A DNA stretch of 64,000 bases from Octopus vulgaris. Its lineage: Eukaryota. The notes beneath the pieces were generated by a model that worked only from the letters and a program-made list of their open reading frames with translations, ran no database searches and was not told the DNA's origin. Positions 1-13,964 of this stretch are shown piece after piece; the stretch's first letter is position 1; the number at the start of each line of letters is the position of its first letter. Location of the stretch: assembly GCA_951406725.2 (NCBI GenBank), contig OX597823.1, positions 10,292,001 through 10,356,000 on the forward strand, given 5' to 3'. A program made the position numbers and the translations under genes.

Positions 1-544
1 ACCTCATATCTGTCAATCTTCATCAGCTAAGTGCTACTCAGCTCGTGATATTTCTCCTCTCGGCTATGATTTTAACTAATCTGTACTGTTTAGCTTCTCT
101 TGCTTACATATTTACAGCCACAATAATTCAAACAAAAGTCTCGATGGCTACATCTGTAGCAACGGCAGCGCTTAACGACAACAACAGCAGCAAACATAAA
201 AACGACCGCAGCAACAAATATATATAAAAGCCAACGAAGAAGTAACAATACTGTCGATGAACATACTTGAGTGACCAGCTAAATATTCCTCAAAGAATAT
301 TGTTCTTTAAAATAATGTCACATCAGTTAATATAGTCAGAAGGACTCTTAATGGGATGGAATGAACCTGTTTGGAACTGCTTTAATTATAGTTACATTAA
401 ATGCATCAACGAAATTTTAGTTTTAATGTCTATGAACGAGCAACAGTGACTGTGATGCTGCTACCTGCTAAAATGGTCCTCCAAATGCTTGCTGTAATGT
501 GAACTCTGCTAAACCTACCCAAAGACCAGACGGTGGTGTATATA

Positions 545-778
545 GGCGGCGAGCTGGCAGAATCGTTAGCACGCCGGGCGAAATGCGTAGCCGTATTTCG
601 TCTGCCGCTACGTTCTGAGTTCAAATTCCGCCGAGGTCGACTTTGCCTTTCATCCTTTCGGGGTCGATTAAATAAGTACCAGTTACGCACTGGGGTCGAT
701 ATAATCGACTTAATCCGTTTGTCTGTCCTTGTTTGTCCGTTCTGTGTTTAGCCCCTTGTGGGTAGTAAAGAAATAGGT
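545..778 (+). mobile_element. tRNA-derived SINE, family A (Meta-domain-like body), full length
   Basis: A-box-like GAGCTGGCAGAATCG and B box GAGTTCAAATTCC, followed by body GCCTTTCATCCTTTCGGGGTCGATTAAATAAGTACCAG. More than 10 related copies in the window. Confidence 0.85.
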
Positions 779-1805
779 GGTATAGATTCAGCCTACCACC
801 GAAATAGGTCACGGTGGGGTTGGAACATGGAATGTAAATAATCGTAATAAATGCTGAAAGGCATCTGGTTCGACGTTTCTACGTCCTTGCCAGTCCAGCG
901 CTCTTGGCAGGTTAATATTTTATGGAATTCGAAGGGATGGTAAGTTTACCTTGACGAGGTTTGAGTATGGGTAGGTTGATCTTAGCGGTAAAGTATTCGA
1001 TCATATATTTATAACACGGTTTGTGTTGATTTGAGGTTAAAAAAGAAAATAAACAAGAGAATCTCTAGCTTAGACATCGTTACCACCTCAGCCGCCTTAA
1101 ACAGCGAGAACAATGATGACATGATATCAAGTCTGACAGGGAAATTGTTATATGAATCAAAGCGGGAACCTCCTCAGAGTCTTAGAAAATAACAGCAGTA
1201 ATTAAAACAGCAGCCGTAACTCACGCCCAAACAATAACAATGGCAGTTACAATAACATACAATCACTTGCATCAACAACATACTGTGAAACTAATGAGTC
1301 TGTACGTGATCGCTAAGTCTGCTAGAAATAGCAGTGAAAACCGCTTCAAATAAAGTTTTAGTGCCTGCAAAAATTAAAACATGGAAGGAAAGAAAACTTG
1401 AAGAATATATGCAAACTTGGATGTATTTTCTGAAAATATGATCCGTCAGACACCGGTGAATCCTTTTAATTGAATGTTTGTTTAGGTATATCTTACATGT
1501 GGGTGAAGAACAATGAAAATAATGGCAACAAATATAATGAAAATGGGAAAATGAGAGAAAAGACGAAAGGAAGAATGAAGGAAAAGAAAGTAGTAAAAGA
1601 ATGCATGTGAGTTTTATTTTCGACCAGTCTAAGTACCCGGCGTTGCTCGGAGATTTAAAGAATGTTAATCCTTTCGATATCAACCCGGCTGAAACCGTTT
1701 CTGGCTCTGTAGTACAAATGTCTTGTTTTCATAAGTTTTGAATTAAAATCTTCCACCAAACCTTAGTCACAATATATGTTCGTAACACTAGCTTAATGAT
1801 AACTA

Positions 1806-2028
1806 AGCTGGCAGAAACGTTACCACGCCGGGCTAAATGCTTAGCGGTTTTTCGTCTGCCGTTACGTTCTGAGTTCAAATTCCGCCGAGGTCGACTTTGC
1901 CTTTCATCCTTTCGGGGTCGATTAAATAAGTACCAGTTACGCACTGTGGTCGATATAATCGACTTAATCCGTTTGTCTGTCCTTGTTTGTCCTCTCTATG
2001 TTTAGCCCCTTGTGGGCAATAAAGAAAT
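1806..2028 (+). mobile_element. SINE family A copy
   Basis: Near-identical to 545-778. Confidence 0.85.
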
Positions 2029-2354
2029 GAGAAACACAGTAAAACAATTGGATTTGAATATAAATCTCCCAAAATTATGAGCGAAATCCGAGCCCCCAGA
2101 AACAGCTGGGGGGGGGGACCAGTAATAGCATACGTTCCCCTCTTAGTTTCCCGTGCCTTTGTATTCTGTGTAAGTTTGCTTCATCAATACATAAATATCT
2201 GCATATTTCTGGATGAATATTCGTCATCTCTGTGTTTTCTCTCTATTTTCCTGTATATGCATGTTTGTATATCTCGTATTTATTTATTTACATCATTGGC
2301 TCCCCCTCTTTCTCTCTCTCTCTCACTATTTCTCTCTCTCTCCCCCTCTCTCTC

Positions 2355-2410
<56 letters not shown>

Positions 2411-2813
2411 CGTACATATTTTGTGTAACTTCCTTGATTTCTCGCTTTTGTTTATTACTCTGCTGCTCCTTCAAGTTACAGAACACTATTGACAACATAT
2501 GATCCAGTCGCGTTTCAGAGAGTCCACCTTGATAGCTAAAATTGTTGTTTTGCTATATCTATTTCTCATGAGTAATCTAACAGCTGCTGTTCATCTTATG
2601 TAGCAGTGAATTTTGCTCAAATGCATGTGACCCCTAACACCCGAGCAATTTTTTCTGTGAATCCGGGGTCAACAATTCTAATACATTCAAACATTTACAC
2701 AGCAATTGGGCGATTGGAGATTCGCTAGAAATGCAGACAACAACAGAGAGATACCTCGTGCTGTTTAGTTACACCAATCTATATTCGGAGTTTAGGTATT
2801 GATTTCTGTTCCA

Positions 2814-2955
2814 GGGTCGACTTTGCTTTTCATCCTTTCGGGGTCGATAAATTAGGTACCAGTTACGCACTGGGGTCGATGCAATAGACTTAATCCGTCT
2901 GTCTGTCCTTTTTGTCCCCTCTGTGTTTAGCCCCTTGTGGGTAGTAAATAAATAG
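2814..2955 (+). mobile_element. SINE family A, 5'-truncated
   Basis: 3' half of family A, flanked by an imperfect 18-bp direct repeat TAGGTATTGATTTCTGTT / TAGATATTGACTTCTGTT (2793-2810, 2953-2970). Confidence 0.8.
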
Positions 2956-3179
2956 ATATTGACTTCTGTTGTGTGGACGCCCCCAGACTATGAAGTAGAC
3001 TAACCCAATATAAAGATATAGAGGGAGAAGTCTAGACACCAAGAGTAGTAGGACAGAGAATAGTTGAGTAGTAGTAGGGCGGAGTAGGCTAGAGCAGAGT
3101 GGAGGTCATCCGAACGTGCGACATAACAATTTCATATTTTTACACAAAGCCAGCAGCTTTCAGGGAGGAGCTTAAGCGG

Positions 3180-3320
3180 TTACATCGACCCCCATCGCTC
3201 AACTGGTACCTATTTGATCGACCCTCGAAAAGGATGAACGGTAAAGTCGACCCCGGTGGAATATTGAACGTAAAGACATATGAAATGCCGCTAAGCATTT
3301 CGCCTGACGTGCTAACGATT
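3180..3320 (-). mobile_element. Degenerate SINE family A
   Basis: Reverse complement of the family A body (TCGACCC...AAAGGATGAA...AAAGTCGAC...GAAATGCCGCTAAGCATTTCGCC). Confidence 0.7.
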
Positions 3321-4131
3321 CTACCAACTCCCCGACTCCTTCGGAACTTAGAATTTGCCGAACTTGACTTCACCTTTCAACCTCTTCTGATCGATGAAAT
3401 TCGTACTAATCATGTACTAGACGTTACCTTGCCTGCTAAAGCCAATTTTCCAAAGGATTTCGGATTTCACTACAAAATACAATATTTCAGGCTCATTACG
3501 TAATACGATATAAATTTTTTTGGTTACACGAAGATTGGAAAGCCAGATACTGAATATTAATTTCTACTCTCCCAGCTACTTACAAGCGCATCATTTCCTT
3601 TGTATATGTATCTCACCGTCAACTCACTCTGTCCTAGAGATTATTAATAATTTGCTTTTGATAAATAATTGTTTGTTAGCTATCACTTAATTAATAATAA
3701 GTGTGGCATTATTTTATTGAACTCAGTTTCTGTGTACTCTCTAACGCAGCAGTGTTATTTACCTTTATTCTTCACCCGAAGGCCTGCACTATACATAGTA
3801 ATTACTTTGTTCGCTGCTGGTGGTCGCTTCTTTTTTTCTTTTTTGTTTTTTGCTTTTTGTTTTTGTCTAATCAATGAATCATGGTAATCTGTTAATCTAC
3901 TTTAAGCCAAATTAATTTCAGAATAAGAAGCAAGGTCTTGTGATTTATAAAGACGCTAAATAAGATTACGAAACGTTGTTACCGGTTTCCAAGTGAGCTG
4001 AACTAGATACAGCATAAATACATTAATGCATAACGTATTAAACTCATTGATGTCTTAACCCAAACTTTCTTTGTCTGTCTCTCTATCTGCCTATCTGTCT
4101 ATCTGTCTGTCTGTCTGTCTGTCTGACTCTC

Positions 4132-4167
<36 letters not shown>

Positions 4168-5374
4168 TATTTCATTCCCTCACTTTGTTTTTTTTTTTTC
4201 TAGTCTCTTCTCCAAAATTCTCAGGTTTTCTGAAAAGTAGCATTTTTTAACAGGCGCTGCCGTCGTAACCATTCTTGTTTTAGTTGCTGTTGTTGTTGTT
4301 GTTGCTGATGCTGATTTTGTTGTTGTTGTTGATTGGCACCAGGTCAGCATTCACCAAACAAACCTATAATCAATCGCGTTCCAGGCATAACCACCATGTC
4401 TTTTTTTTTTTTTTTTTTTTGCTATGTTCATAATTTCTTTGCCATCAATTCAACCATCCAGAACAAATCCATGCAGCCTTAACCCATGAAGTTGAAGTGA
4501 TATTTGGAAGATCAGATCGAGAGACAGCGTAACTGCTTTGTGGTTAAACGATCAGTACAGAAGCTCTGAGAGGTAGAGTGACAGAAATAGCGGCAGAGAG
4601 CAAACGAAATGCCAGAAGTTTAATCTTATTCTCCTACGTTCTGAGTTCAAATAAACATGAAGATGAATTTAGTTTCCTTCTCTCTTCTATAAGAAAGTAA
4701 TTATAAAGCATGGATCCGAGTCATCTACATTGACTTCATTCTAACGTTGCAAATTAGTTCCTTATCTGGTTCATTTGGACTATGAATGCCACTTCTGCAG
4801 TGGCTTGTCATGGAGTTTTTTTATTAGTAAATACAAAGGTTATTTCCTGTTATCTTCCTCCAGATTATTTTTTGCATGATACCAGCTTACCAGCTAAATA
4901 CAGATACCTTGCCACATCAGCCCAGGCACTCAGAAGCTAAAGTACCAGAACAGATCTTGCAAAAGATTTTGGCCAATGGTCAAACAATTCTACCAAACCG
5001 TTGCCTTCGACAAGCGGTTTCTGGTAAATATGTCGAAAGGATAAAGAGCTAAGAAGACCCTGGCTTAATTCGAGCTGAAAAATAGCTTTATATTGACGTA
5101 AGAAATGAAAATTTAATAATTTTCATTATTCCTTAGCAAAATCATTTGACTCATAGGGGAAATGAATCGACTACTGATACTAATACTATACTAGGATATT
5201 TATTTGGTATTGCTGTCCTCTATCCACCGCTGTGGTATGTGTGATGTAAAACAGAAGACAGAAAAAAAATGAAAGCTCTGTGAACTCCGATTCTCTGTTT
5301 AAAAGCTTTCACACCGTCAGCTAATGAGTCTTGTGAAAAATGCCTCATCTTTTTCACTTTCTATTTCTCTGTCG

Positions 5375-5450
<76 letters not shown>

Positions 5451-5870
5451 TATCATTTTATTAATGTCTATTTCTCCTTGAGCATCCGATTTCATTTTTT
5501 TTTACTCAGAACAATATTATGTACTCGTTTGAAGTATGACTATAAATAAAATCGATACACTTAATCATTAAACTAGGTACAGACGTTACTATTAGATAAA
5601 AGCTTCTATTTTCCGCTTCATTCCCCAGCTTTTTGCGTGCGGTTATATACGTTCTATTCTGAGAAGCAACAGAAGTGTAATGTTCTAATTGGGTGATTGC
5701 TGGTTTAGATAAATAAACACGTTAGAGCAGATCATCTCCCAATTCAAGGTGTCAAATTGGCGAACGAAGAAAAGTTAAATCCTACCTGAATAAATGGTAA
5801 TTAAGTGAATATAGACGACAATCACAATTGCTGTGACTTACAAACTGTATACGACTTCAGAGTTTTCTCT

Positions 5871-5947
<77 letters not shown>

Positions 5948-6449
5948 TCTCTGCTGTTAATCACATGATTATAATCGAAAAAGTAAAAGAACATGAAGTA
6001 ATAATGGTTTATCTTTCTAATCTTTTCATTTTCACATCCGTCCCTTGATTCAGATTGTGTGCTGTTATTAATTCTGACATCTTCTACACATCAATAGAAC
6101 TGTCTGTTGATCGTTAGAGAAGCTAGAAAATACAGTCAGAATGTCTGAAAACCAATTACTAGATTCTTTAAACGATCTTCTCTTTCTTACTAATGACATT
6201 ACCATATATATATAGAAGACAGTAATATGCGTGAATCTCGAAGACACAAAGAACAAGCTCTTCTATACAACCAAAATGCGGTTTATGTATAAGTTTTAAT
6301 TAGATAGCCTGGTCAGGGTAGCAAAAGAAACCTGTTTAGATAACATTTCAACAATTTGCACCTCTGTAAATCTCTCTACGTGTCGCAGTGTCCGGTGTAT
6401 TCCGCAACTAGGTGGAGACAGGTTATAATCAAAGCCGTTATAATCAAAG

Positions 6450-6605
6450 CCTGTTCTTGAGCAAAGCACTTCATTTAACGCAGCTCCTGTCCACTCAGCT
6501 GGCAAAAATGAGTAATGCTGCGTCCCGTCCAGCTGGGGAACACATACGCCATTGAAACTGAGAAACCGAGCCCATGAACCTGGCTAGGCTTTAAAAGGGA
6601 GCATT
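6450..6605 (+). mobile_element. SINE fragment: CORE-like segment plus the tail seen at 37350-37456
   Basis: TTGAGCAAAGCACTT...CCACTCAGCTGGCAAAAATGAGT, then GCGTCCCGTCCAGCTGG...CCCATGAACCTGGCTAGGCTT. Confidence 0.65.
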
Positions 6606-6614
6606 TACTTTAAA

Positions 6615-6847
6615 GGCCAGCGAGCCGGCAGACAGGTTAGCATGCCGGGCGAAATGCTTAGCAGTATTTCGTCTGTCGTTACGTTCTGAGTTCAATTTCC
6701 GGCGAGGTCGACTTTGCCTTTCATCCTTTCGGGGTCGATAAATAAAGTACCAGTTACGCACTGGGGTCGATGTAATCGACTTGATCTCTTTGTCTGTCCT
6801 TGTTTGTCTGTCTCTATGTTTAGCCCCTTGTGGGCAATAAAGAAATA
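6615..6847 (+). mobile_element. SINE family A copy
   Basis: Matches 545-778 along its length. Confidence 0.85.
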
Positions 6848-7289
6848 TATATATATATATAAGGTGGGGGGAGAGAGAAAGGGTAACTGCAATTGTAGCT
6901 GTCCTTTATGAAATGCTATAGACCTCCATGAAGTATATAATGACTGGTTAGGTGATCGCGTCTTTTGTTTCCAACATGAAGTTTTCAATGATTACGACTT
7001 TCACATTTAAAATATTACTCGCAATGTTTTAACGCGAGTTTTTAAATTTTTATATTCTCTTTAATTTTTGTTTTTTAAAGCGAACCATTGACTTTCAAAC
7101 AGCAAAGTTTAAGTGCTAAAAATAATTATCGCTTTGAAATCATCAAAATGTCATGATTATATTAAATCATCACCATTTTTTAAATAACAAAGATTTTCAT
7201 AAATTTCTATTAAAATAATATATAATATTAATAATGATTTTTTAGTATAGCATGTAGTTTGCTGTAATATAATAATAATAATAATAATG

Positions 7290-7359
<70 letters not shown>

Positions 7360-7523
7360 AAACAGCAATAAAAGCAGTGAATTCAAGCAATACTGCAATT
7401 CATAGACAAGAGGGGCAAACAAGCAGATCTATGCAATCATAGAGAGAAGACGGTGTGTGCACAAACACAAAAAACACGCACAAAACATGCGTATAGGTAT
7501 ATGTAGGTATATTTATACATATA

Positions 7524-8035
7524 CTAGCAGTATCGCCTGGCGTTGCTCGGATTTGTAAGGGAAATAACTATATAAGAATTTTTAGTGAGTTATAGCAAAA
7601 AAATAGCAAAAAACTGCATTAAAAATGAAATAAAAAATGATGGTAATTTTGGTGTCTTCAAGCCATGAAGTCGTTGTTCTAAAAGAACGTTGGTCTCCTT
7701 GACAATGCTTTACGACGTTGATTTCCTTACACTCCCTTCCCCACAGCTTCACAAGGGAGGGAAGAAGGGGGAGAAGCAACACAGGTGCAGGTGTGACCAT
7801 CGACGCCAACTCCGCCGCCGTCGACACACGAAAAATTATGCATTAAAATGGAATAAAAAATGATGTTAAATTATTTTTAAAATCGTAGACGCGCGCTAAT
7901 ACCCAGACGGGCTCGATATGAATCACGACTATAAGATACCCGAATTTTGTTATACTGCACCGCAAAATGTAGGAGTAGTTAGGAATCTAAATCGTAGGAG
8001 ACAGACAGACACACAACTACAGTTTTATATATATA
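7524..8035 (-). mobile_element. Non-autonomous Helitron (tandem unit 1)
   Basis: The minus strand ends in a CCGAGCAACGCCAGG hairpin followed by CTAG|T. Homologous to the complete copy at 32026-32423. Confidence 0.75.
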
Positions 8036-8524
8036 CTAGCAGTATCGCCCGGCGTTGCTCGGGTTTGTAAGGGAAATAACTATATAAGCATTTTTAGAGA
8101 GTTACTCCCCTTATAAATTCGGGCTTTCTTAGCCATTTTTGTTTTGGTGTCTTCAAGCCATGAAGTCGTTGTTCTAAAAGAACGCTGGTTTCCTTCACAA
8201 CGCATTACGACGTTGATTTCTTTACACTCCCTTCCCCACAGCTTCACGAGGGAGGGAAGGGGGAGAAGCAAACAGGTGCAGCTGTGAGCGTGGACGCCAA
8301 CTCCGCCGCCATCGACATACGATGCATTTTATGCATTAAAATGGAATAAAAAATGATGTTAAATTATTTTTAAAATCGTAGACTCATCGTTGACGCGCGC
8401 TAATACCCAGACGGGCTCGATATAAATCACGACTATAAGATACCCGAATTTGGTTAAACTGCACCGCAAAATGTGGGAGGAGTTAGGAATCTAAATCGAA
8501 GGGGTAGACACTCACACAACTAGA

Positions 8525-8540
<16 letters not shown>
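8036..8540 (-). mobile_element. Non-autonomous Helitron (tandem unit 2)
   Basis: Direct repeat of unit 1, with CCCGAGCAACGCCGGG hairpin and CTAG terminus. Confidence 0.75.
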
Positions 8541-8598
<58 letters not shown>

Positions 8599-8687
8599 GT
8601 TGAAATTTACAGAAAAATGGAAGATGAAGACAGGTGTATAAATAACAAGCAGGATTATTAGTTTGAAGTTCGGGAAGGTGAGAAAGT

Positions 8688-8723
8688 CTTTCACGTTTCG
8701 AGCCTACGCTCTTCAACAGAAAG
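8688..8723 (-). ncRNA. Degenerate minimal hammerhead motif in a Penelope-like terminal remnant (about 8600-8760)
   Basis: CTTT-CTGTTGA-A-GAGC gtag GCTC-GAA-ACGT-G-AAAG. The core is variant and the cleavage triplet is GUG, so it is probably inactive. Same family as 59468-59503. Confidence 0.5.
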
Positions 8724-9125
8724 TAACACGAGGATATAAACTGAGAGAGACTAAAAAACTTATATATATATATATATACATACATAAGGAATAACCACCA
8801 AAGTTGATTCCTAATATGCTAGAAGAAAACGCCAAATCTCAAGAGTTTTAGCAAACGCCAGAATGCCTGCGAGTAAGACAAATGAAAGGAGATAAAATAG
8901 AGCAATTAACTCCATACCTAAATGTTTCGCTATCAACGATCACTAATGTGATCATTCGTAGCTCTTATTTATATATGTAATATATTTCATAGTCCTCGCA
9001 CGTTTTTAAGTATGCTAGCCAGTGGTTTAAATTAATATTAATTGATATAATTAATTTCTGCCCTTACTATTTTACCATATGTACGTATGTATGTATCAAA
9101 TAATCTATCTATCTACCAGTCTCAG

Positions 9126-9179
<54 letters not shown>

Positions 9180-9245
9180 GGTCCCGGGTTGATTCGGGGT
9201 TAACCACAGTAAATAAGGTACTCAATACATAGCAGAGTAAAATTA

Positions 9246-9376
9246 ATTTATTATATAGAAGGAGCTTCTACAGGACTAGAACTGTTTCATTCAAGAGAAA
9301 TCTTCAGGAAGCTCCTGAAGATTTGTCTTGAATGAAACAGTTCTAGTCCTGTAGAAGCTCCTTCTATATAATAAAT
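9246..9376. repeat. Fold-back inverted repeat (64-bp arms, 3-nt loop, 1 mismatch)
   Basis: ATTTATTATATAGAAGGAGC...TCTTCAGGA agc TCCTGAAGA...GCTCCTTCTATATAATAAAT. The arms contain CTGAAGA...GAAAC. Confidence 0.9.
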
Positions 9377-9582
9377 ATATATATATATTTATATATACAC
9401 TCACAAATGTATGTGTGTACTTGTGTGCCTGTTTATATACATATATATATATATATAATCTCAGTAAAAACAATTAAGATTCAAGTGAATTCCAATGAAT
9501 TCAAATGAATGTGGTACTTAACTTAGATGCACCAGAAATCTTTATGGTATTAACCATAAAATAATGTGGGGTGATTATAAAA

Positions 9583-9683
9583 AAGATAAAAGAACAAGAA
9601 TGGATTAGTTGTTCAGTACAATTGTTTCATACGAAACAATTGCACTAATTGAACAACTAATCCATTCTTGTTGCTTTTATCTT
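9583..9683. repeat. Fold-back inverted repeat
   Basis: AAGATAAAAGAACAAGAATGGATTAGTTGTTCA...CAATTGTTTC atac GAAACAATTG...TGAACAACTAATCCATTCTTGTT. Confidence 0.85.
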
Positions 9684-9687
9684 GTCT

Positions 9688-9725
<38 letters not shown>

Positions 9726-9774
9726 TAGAGTTTTATTAATAAAGTGTAGATATACGTTATTAATAAAACTGTAA

Positions 9775-9863
<89 letters not shown>

Positions 9864-9998
9864 ATATACATATACATATATAATGCAAAATATGCAGAAA
9901 TAATTAATGTGCATATATGTTGTTTTGCTAGTATAATATAATCTGGGATTATAGTACTGGAACACTTGTAGCTAAAAGGCTATGATCAATCCGAATAG

Positions 9999-10072
<74 letters not shown>

Positions 10073-10273
10073 GTATTAATATATGTATACATGTAGACGC
10101 ACCCGCATTTACACACAAACATATGCTAAACTGTGAGAGAGAGAGCGTACATGTGCATTTGCATAGTAATTTTGTAACTGATCTTCATTAATAATCATAA
10201 GGAAGTAGTTGCGACGACTTCCATTTTTAGTTGTATGGCCGAAGCATTCCCTCTGGGATCGACAAGATTAAAA

Positions 10274-10328
10274 TCCGTAAACTTTCCGTAAACTTTCCGT
10301 AAACTTTCCGTAAACTTTCCGTAAACTT
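10274..10328 (+). repeat. Perfect minisatellite (TCCGTAAACTT)x5
   Basis: Five exact 11-bp units read directly from the sequence. Confidence 0.95.
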
Positions 10329-10685
10329 AATAAATGCCGGAAAAACATGAAGAAACATGGAAGTCTAGAAATTTGACTGTTTAATCATACACACAGTAGT
10401 TAATGCTTTGACTGGAAGTTCGATACTAACCATTATGAGTACTGAGAGGAGAAGAGTGGATTTAGCATGGGATTAACCAGGTCAGACAAACAGATTATAT
10501 GTAGTGGGGGGGGGGGAAATCATAACGTGGAAAGTACGGACTCGTGGAAGTGCGTCTGTGAGTAAATTTATGCCACTCAGTTGAGTTACCTTATATTGGA
10601 TGCAGTCTAGGACATTGAGACATGCAGCAGCAGCAGCAATGCGGGATTTACGGGCAATACGGTATCTATCTATCTATCTATCTAC

Positions 10686-10737
<52 letters not shown>

Positions 10738-10866
10738 TTGCCTGTCCCATCTGTGTGCAGCCCTGTGTGGCCAATAAAGAAACTTATCTATCTATTTATC
10801 TATCTATCTATCTGCTATCTATATATCTATTTGCCTATCTATCTATCTATCTATCTATTTATCTAC

Positions 10867-10944
<78 letters not shown>

Positions 10945-11217
10945 ATTTATCTATCTATCTATATATTTTTTAGTATAACACCTACGCTAATTCTATAAAC
11001 AAGCCTGTCAATATAAATATTCTCCTGAATTGAACTGAGACTGCCAGCCGCCACTGACCATTCCCTACCAAGAACTCACAACTACCTCGAACACACAAGT
11101 GCAAACAAGGGAGTCAGAGAAAGGCAGAATGCCACTTAAATCTGAACACTACTATAGAAATATTCTTTTAAAAAAACTTTTCTTCTAATTTTTCTAAATT
11201 TAATTATTTAATCGTTA

Positions 11218-11255
11218 CAGTTGAAAAGGTCTCAAAATGACCGAAACCGGTACTG
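11218..11255 (+). ncRNA. Minimal hammerhead-like motif (Penelope-type, degenerate core)
   Basis: CAG-TTGAAAA-GGTC tcaaaat GACC-GAA-ACCGGT-A-CTG. Stems I and II pair, stem III is palindromic, and the cleavage triplet is GUA. Confidence 0.55.
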
Positions 11256-11305
11256 AAATGTTCACTATAAAATTATTTTAGCATTTTCTATTTTTGACTT
11301 GTTTT

Positions 11306-11369
<64 letters not shown>

Positions 11370-11697
11370 TACGGATGTCCCTGTAACGCTACTTCAATAT
11401 ACTCTGCACTTGAGGTCTCTACAGTGTCGGTAGCTGGTGAGAGCAGAGGCATTGTCATCATGACAGATGGTCCTCAGAGATATTTGATGACTAACATGTG
11501 TATTGATATTCAGAATTGTAAGTGAGTACAATCTATGAATTGGGATGATACAGTGCAAGACTCATTAGCTCAAGCAGCGATTGTGCCTGGGCGCTGTTTT
11601 TTTTAAAGACAAACAACATTACTCCACTATACGCTATTGAATGTAGAAGATTTCCAGCTAAGAAGTCTCTCTCAAAACAACAGTTGGCAACTAATAG

Positions 11698-11737
<40 letters not shown>

Positions 11738-11739
<2 letters not shown>

Positions 11740-11923
11740 TAATACAAAATTATGAGAGAGTATCCACCATGTGGACGCTTCATTTGTCCTGCTCGCTTAC
11801 GTTCTTGGTGTGTTGAATTATTTCTTGAGAACAATTCTTTGGTGGCGGATCCCCTTTGCGGATCTATATCTAGCGTAAGAGCGTCCATATAGTGGATTCT
11901 CTCTCTCATAGTTTTGTATTAAT
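11738..11923. repeat. Inverted repeat with ~42-bp arms and ~100-bp spacer
   Basis: ATTAATACAAAATTATGAGAGAG..TGGACGCT / AGCGTCCA..CTCTCTCATAGTTTTGTATTAAT. Confidence 0.8.
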
Positions 11924-12010
11924 AATATTTACTGAATCCCAGTCTTTTATACGCTAGGCCACTTGGTGTTATTAAATTAATATCGAATTTTGTCACCCTT
12001 ATTTTAACTT

Positions 12011-12352
<342 letters not shown>

Positions 12353-13210
12353 ACAAAAAATAAAAGAATAATTAAATAATTGCAGGAATTGGATCCCACG
12401 TCGTTTGGCTTATTGATGCTCTCAGATATTAGCAGAAGAAAGCAAAGTTTACGCAACAAATTTCTGGAGGAAATGTGAGACCCACATTGAGCTAGTGCTC
12501 CTGAGAGTTCATTGTAACTCAATTTGAGAGTAGTTACAAGCCATTTGTGGTAAATAGGATGTTTCATAATAATGGCATTTCAGTAGTTGATAAATACGAA
12601 ACCCTAGACCCAACTCATTCAGAGAATTAGTTGTGTGTCGACAAAGCTATACTAGAAACTATTCTAGTGTTGAGCGTCATGTTGCGTAGTTATCAAATCT
12701 TTCTTCATGGGAATATTTACATAGTGTTTATAACATAAATACTTTTAAAACATATTTTGTGTTCCAATGGAAATCTAAACAAATAGCAGATGAAAACAAA
12801 GAACAAATATATTCTAAGAAACAGCGGTCGAACATCAAGTGCTGACAATTTGTCGCTGATTATAGTTTACATTCAACATTAAGCTTCAACAATTTAACCA
12901 TATTAAAAAAGCCTACATAAGGTAATGTTACTGTAGAAAACAAAAACTACGCAAGAAAATAAGACGGGAAGCTCATGAGTGCAACATTCCAGAATATATA
13001 TCTGCTTAGTAAAAGTACACCATGGTCTAAACAACATCAACAGCAGTAAAACAACAACAAAAGAAAGAGTGACCTTCACTTCGAAGCGAAATCTTCATAG
13101 ACTCATTATAATTGTAGACAAATGTCAAGTGAATTCCTCAATAAAAGTATATCATAAACAAGGTAAAATTATTTTCATATGGTTTTATATATGTATATAT
13201 ATATATATGT

Positions 13211-13241
<31 letters not shown>

Positions 13242-13250
13242 CATATATAC

Positions 13251-13326
<76 letters not shown>

Positions 13327-13456
13327 GTAAATATATGGCACAACGAAGTACCGATATTTACTGGAAAATAGCGAACTTCTATGTATAATTTTCCCTCACG
13401 GGCTATTCTTTACTGGAAAGCAATACTCTCGTATTGCATTACTATTTTTATATGTG

Positions 13457-13498
<42 letters not shown>

Positions 13499-13521
13499 TC
13501 TGTATACATATATCTACATGT

Positions 13522-13566
<45 letters not shown>

Positions 13567-13646
13567 TTTCACCTTCTTTATATATATATATATATATATA
13601 TATACGCACACACATATATTTTACGTTCTTCATATATATATATATA

Positions 13647-13688
<42 letters not shown>

Positions 13689-13720
13689 CGTGTGTGTGTG
13701 TGTGTGTGTGTGTCTGTGTG

Positions 13721-13835
13721 TATCTGTAAAAATATGTGACAATTATTCGGTAGCCATGATAAAACTCCGAGTTTCGGATGTCGGGGCGGAGTTTTATCAT
13801 GGCTGCCGAATAATTGTCATATATAGTTACAGATA
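13721..13835. repeat. Fold-back inverted repeat (~49-bp arms, 17-nt loop)
   Basis: ATATGTGACAATTATTCGGTAGCCATGATAAAACTCCG / CGGAGTTTTATCATGGCTGCCGAATAATTGTCATATAT. Confidence 0.9.
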
Positions 13836-13904
13836 AATTCCTCTATTTACATTATATCGAGATCTCTTTCATTCTTTTGTTGTCTTGCCATATATATGCA
13901 TATA

Positions 13905-13964
<60 letters not shown>

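Noticed and set aside
533-751. Recurrent ORF (..RSEFKFRRGRLCLSSFRGR..) suggesting a gene family
   Set aside because: A chance reading frame within SINE A; starts and stops vary between copies.
10274-10328. CRISPR-like array
   Set aside because: Contiguous 11-bp units without spacers, in a eukaryotic context.
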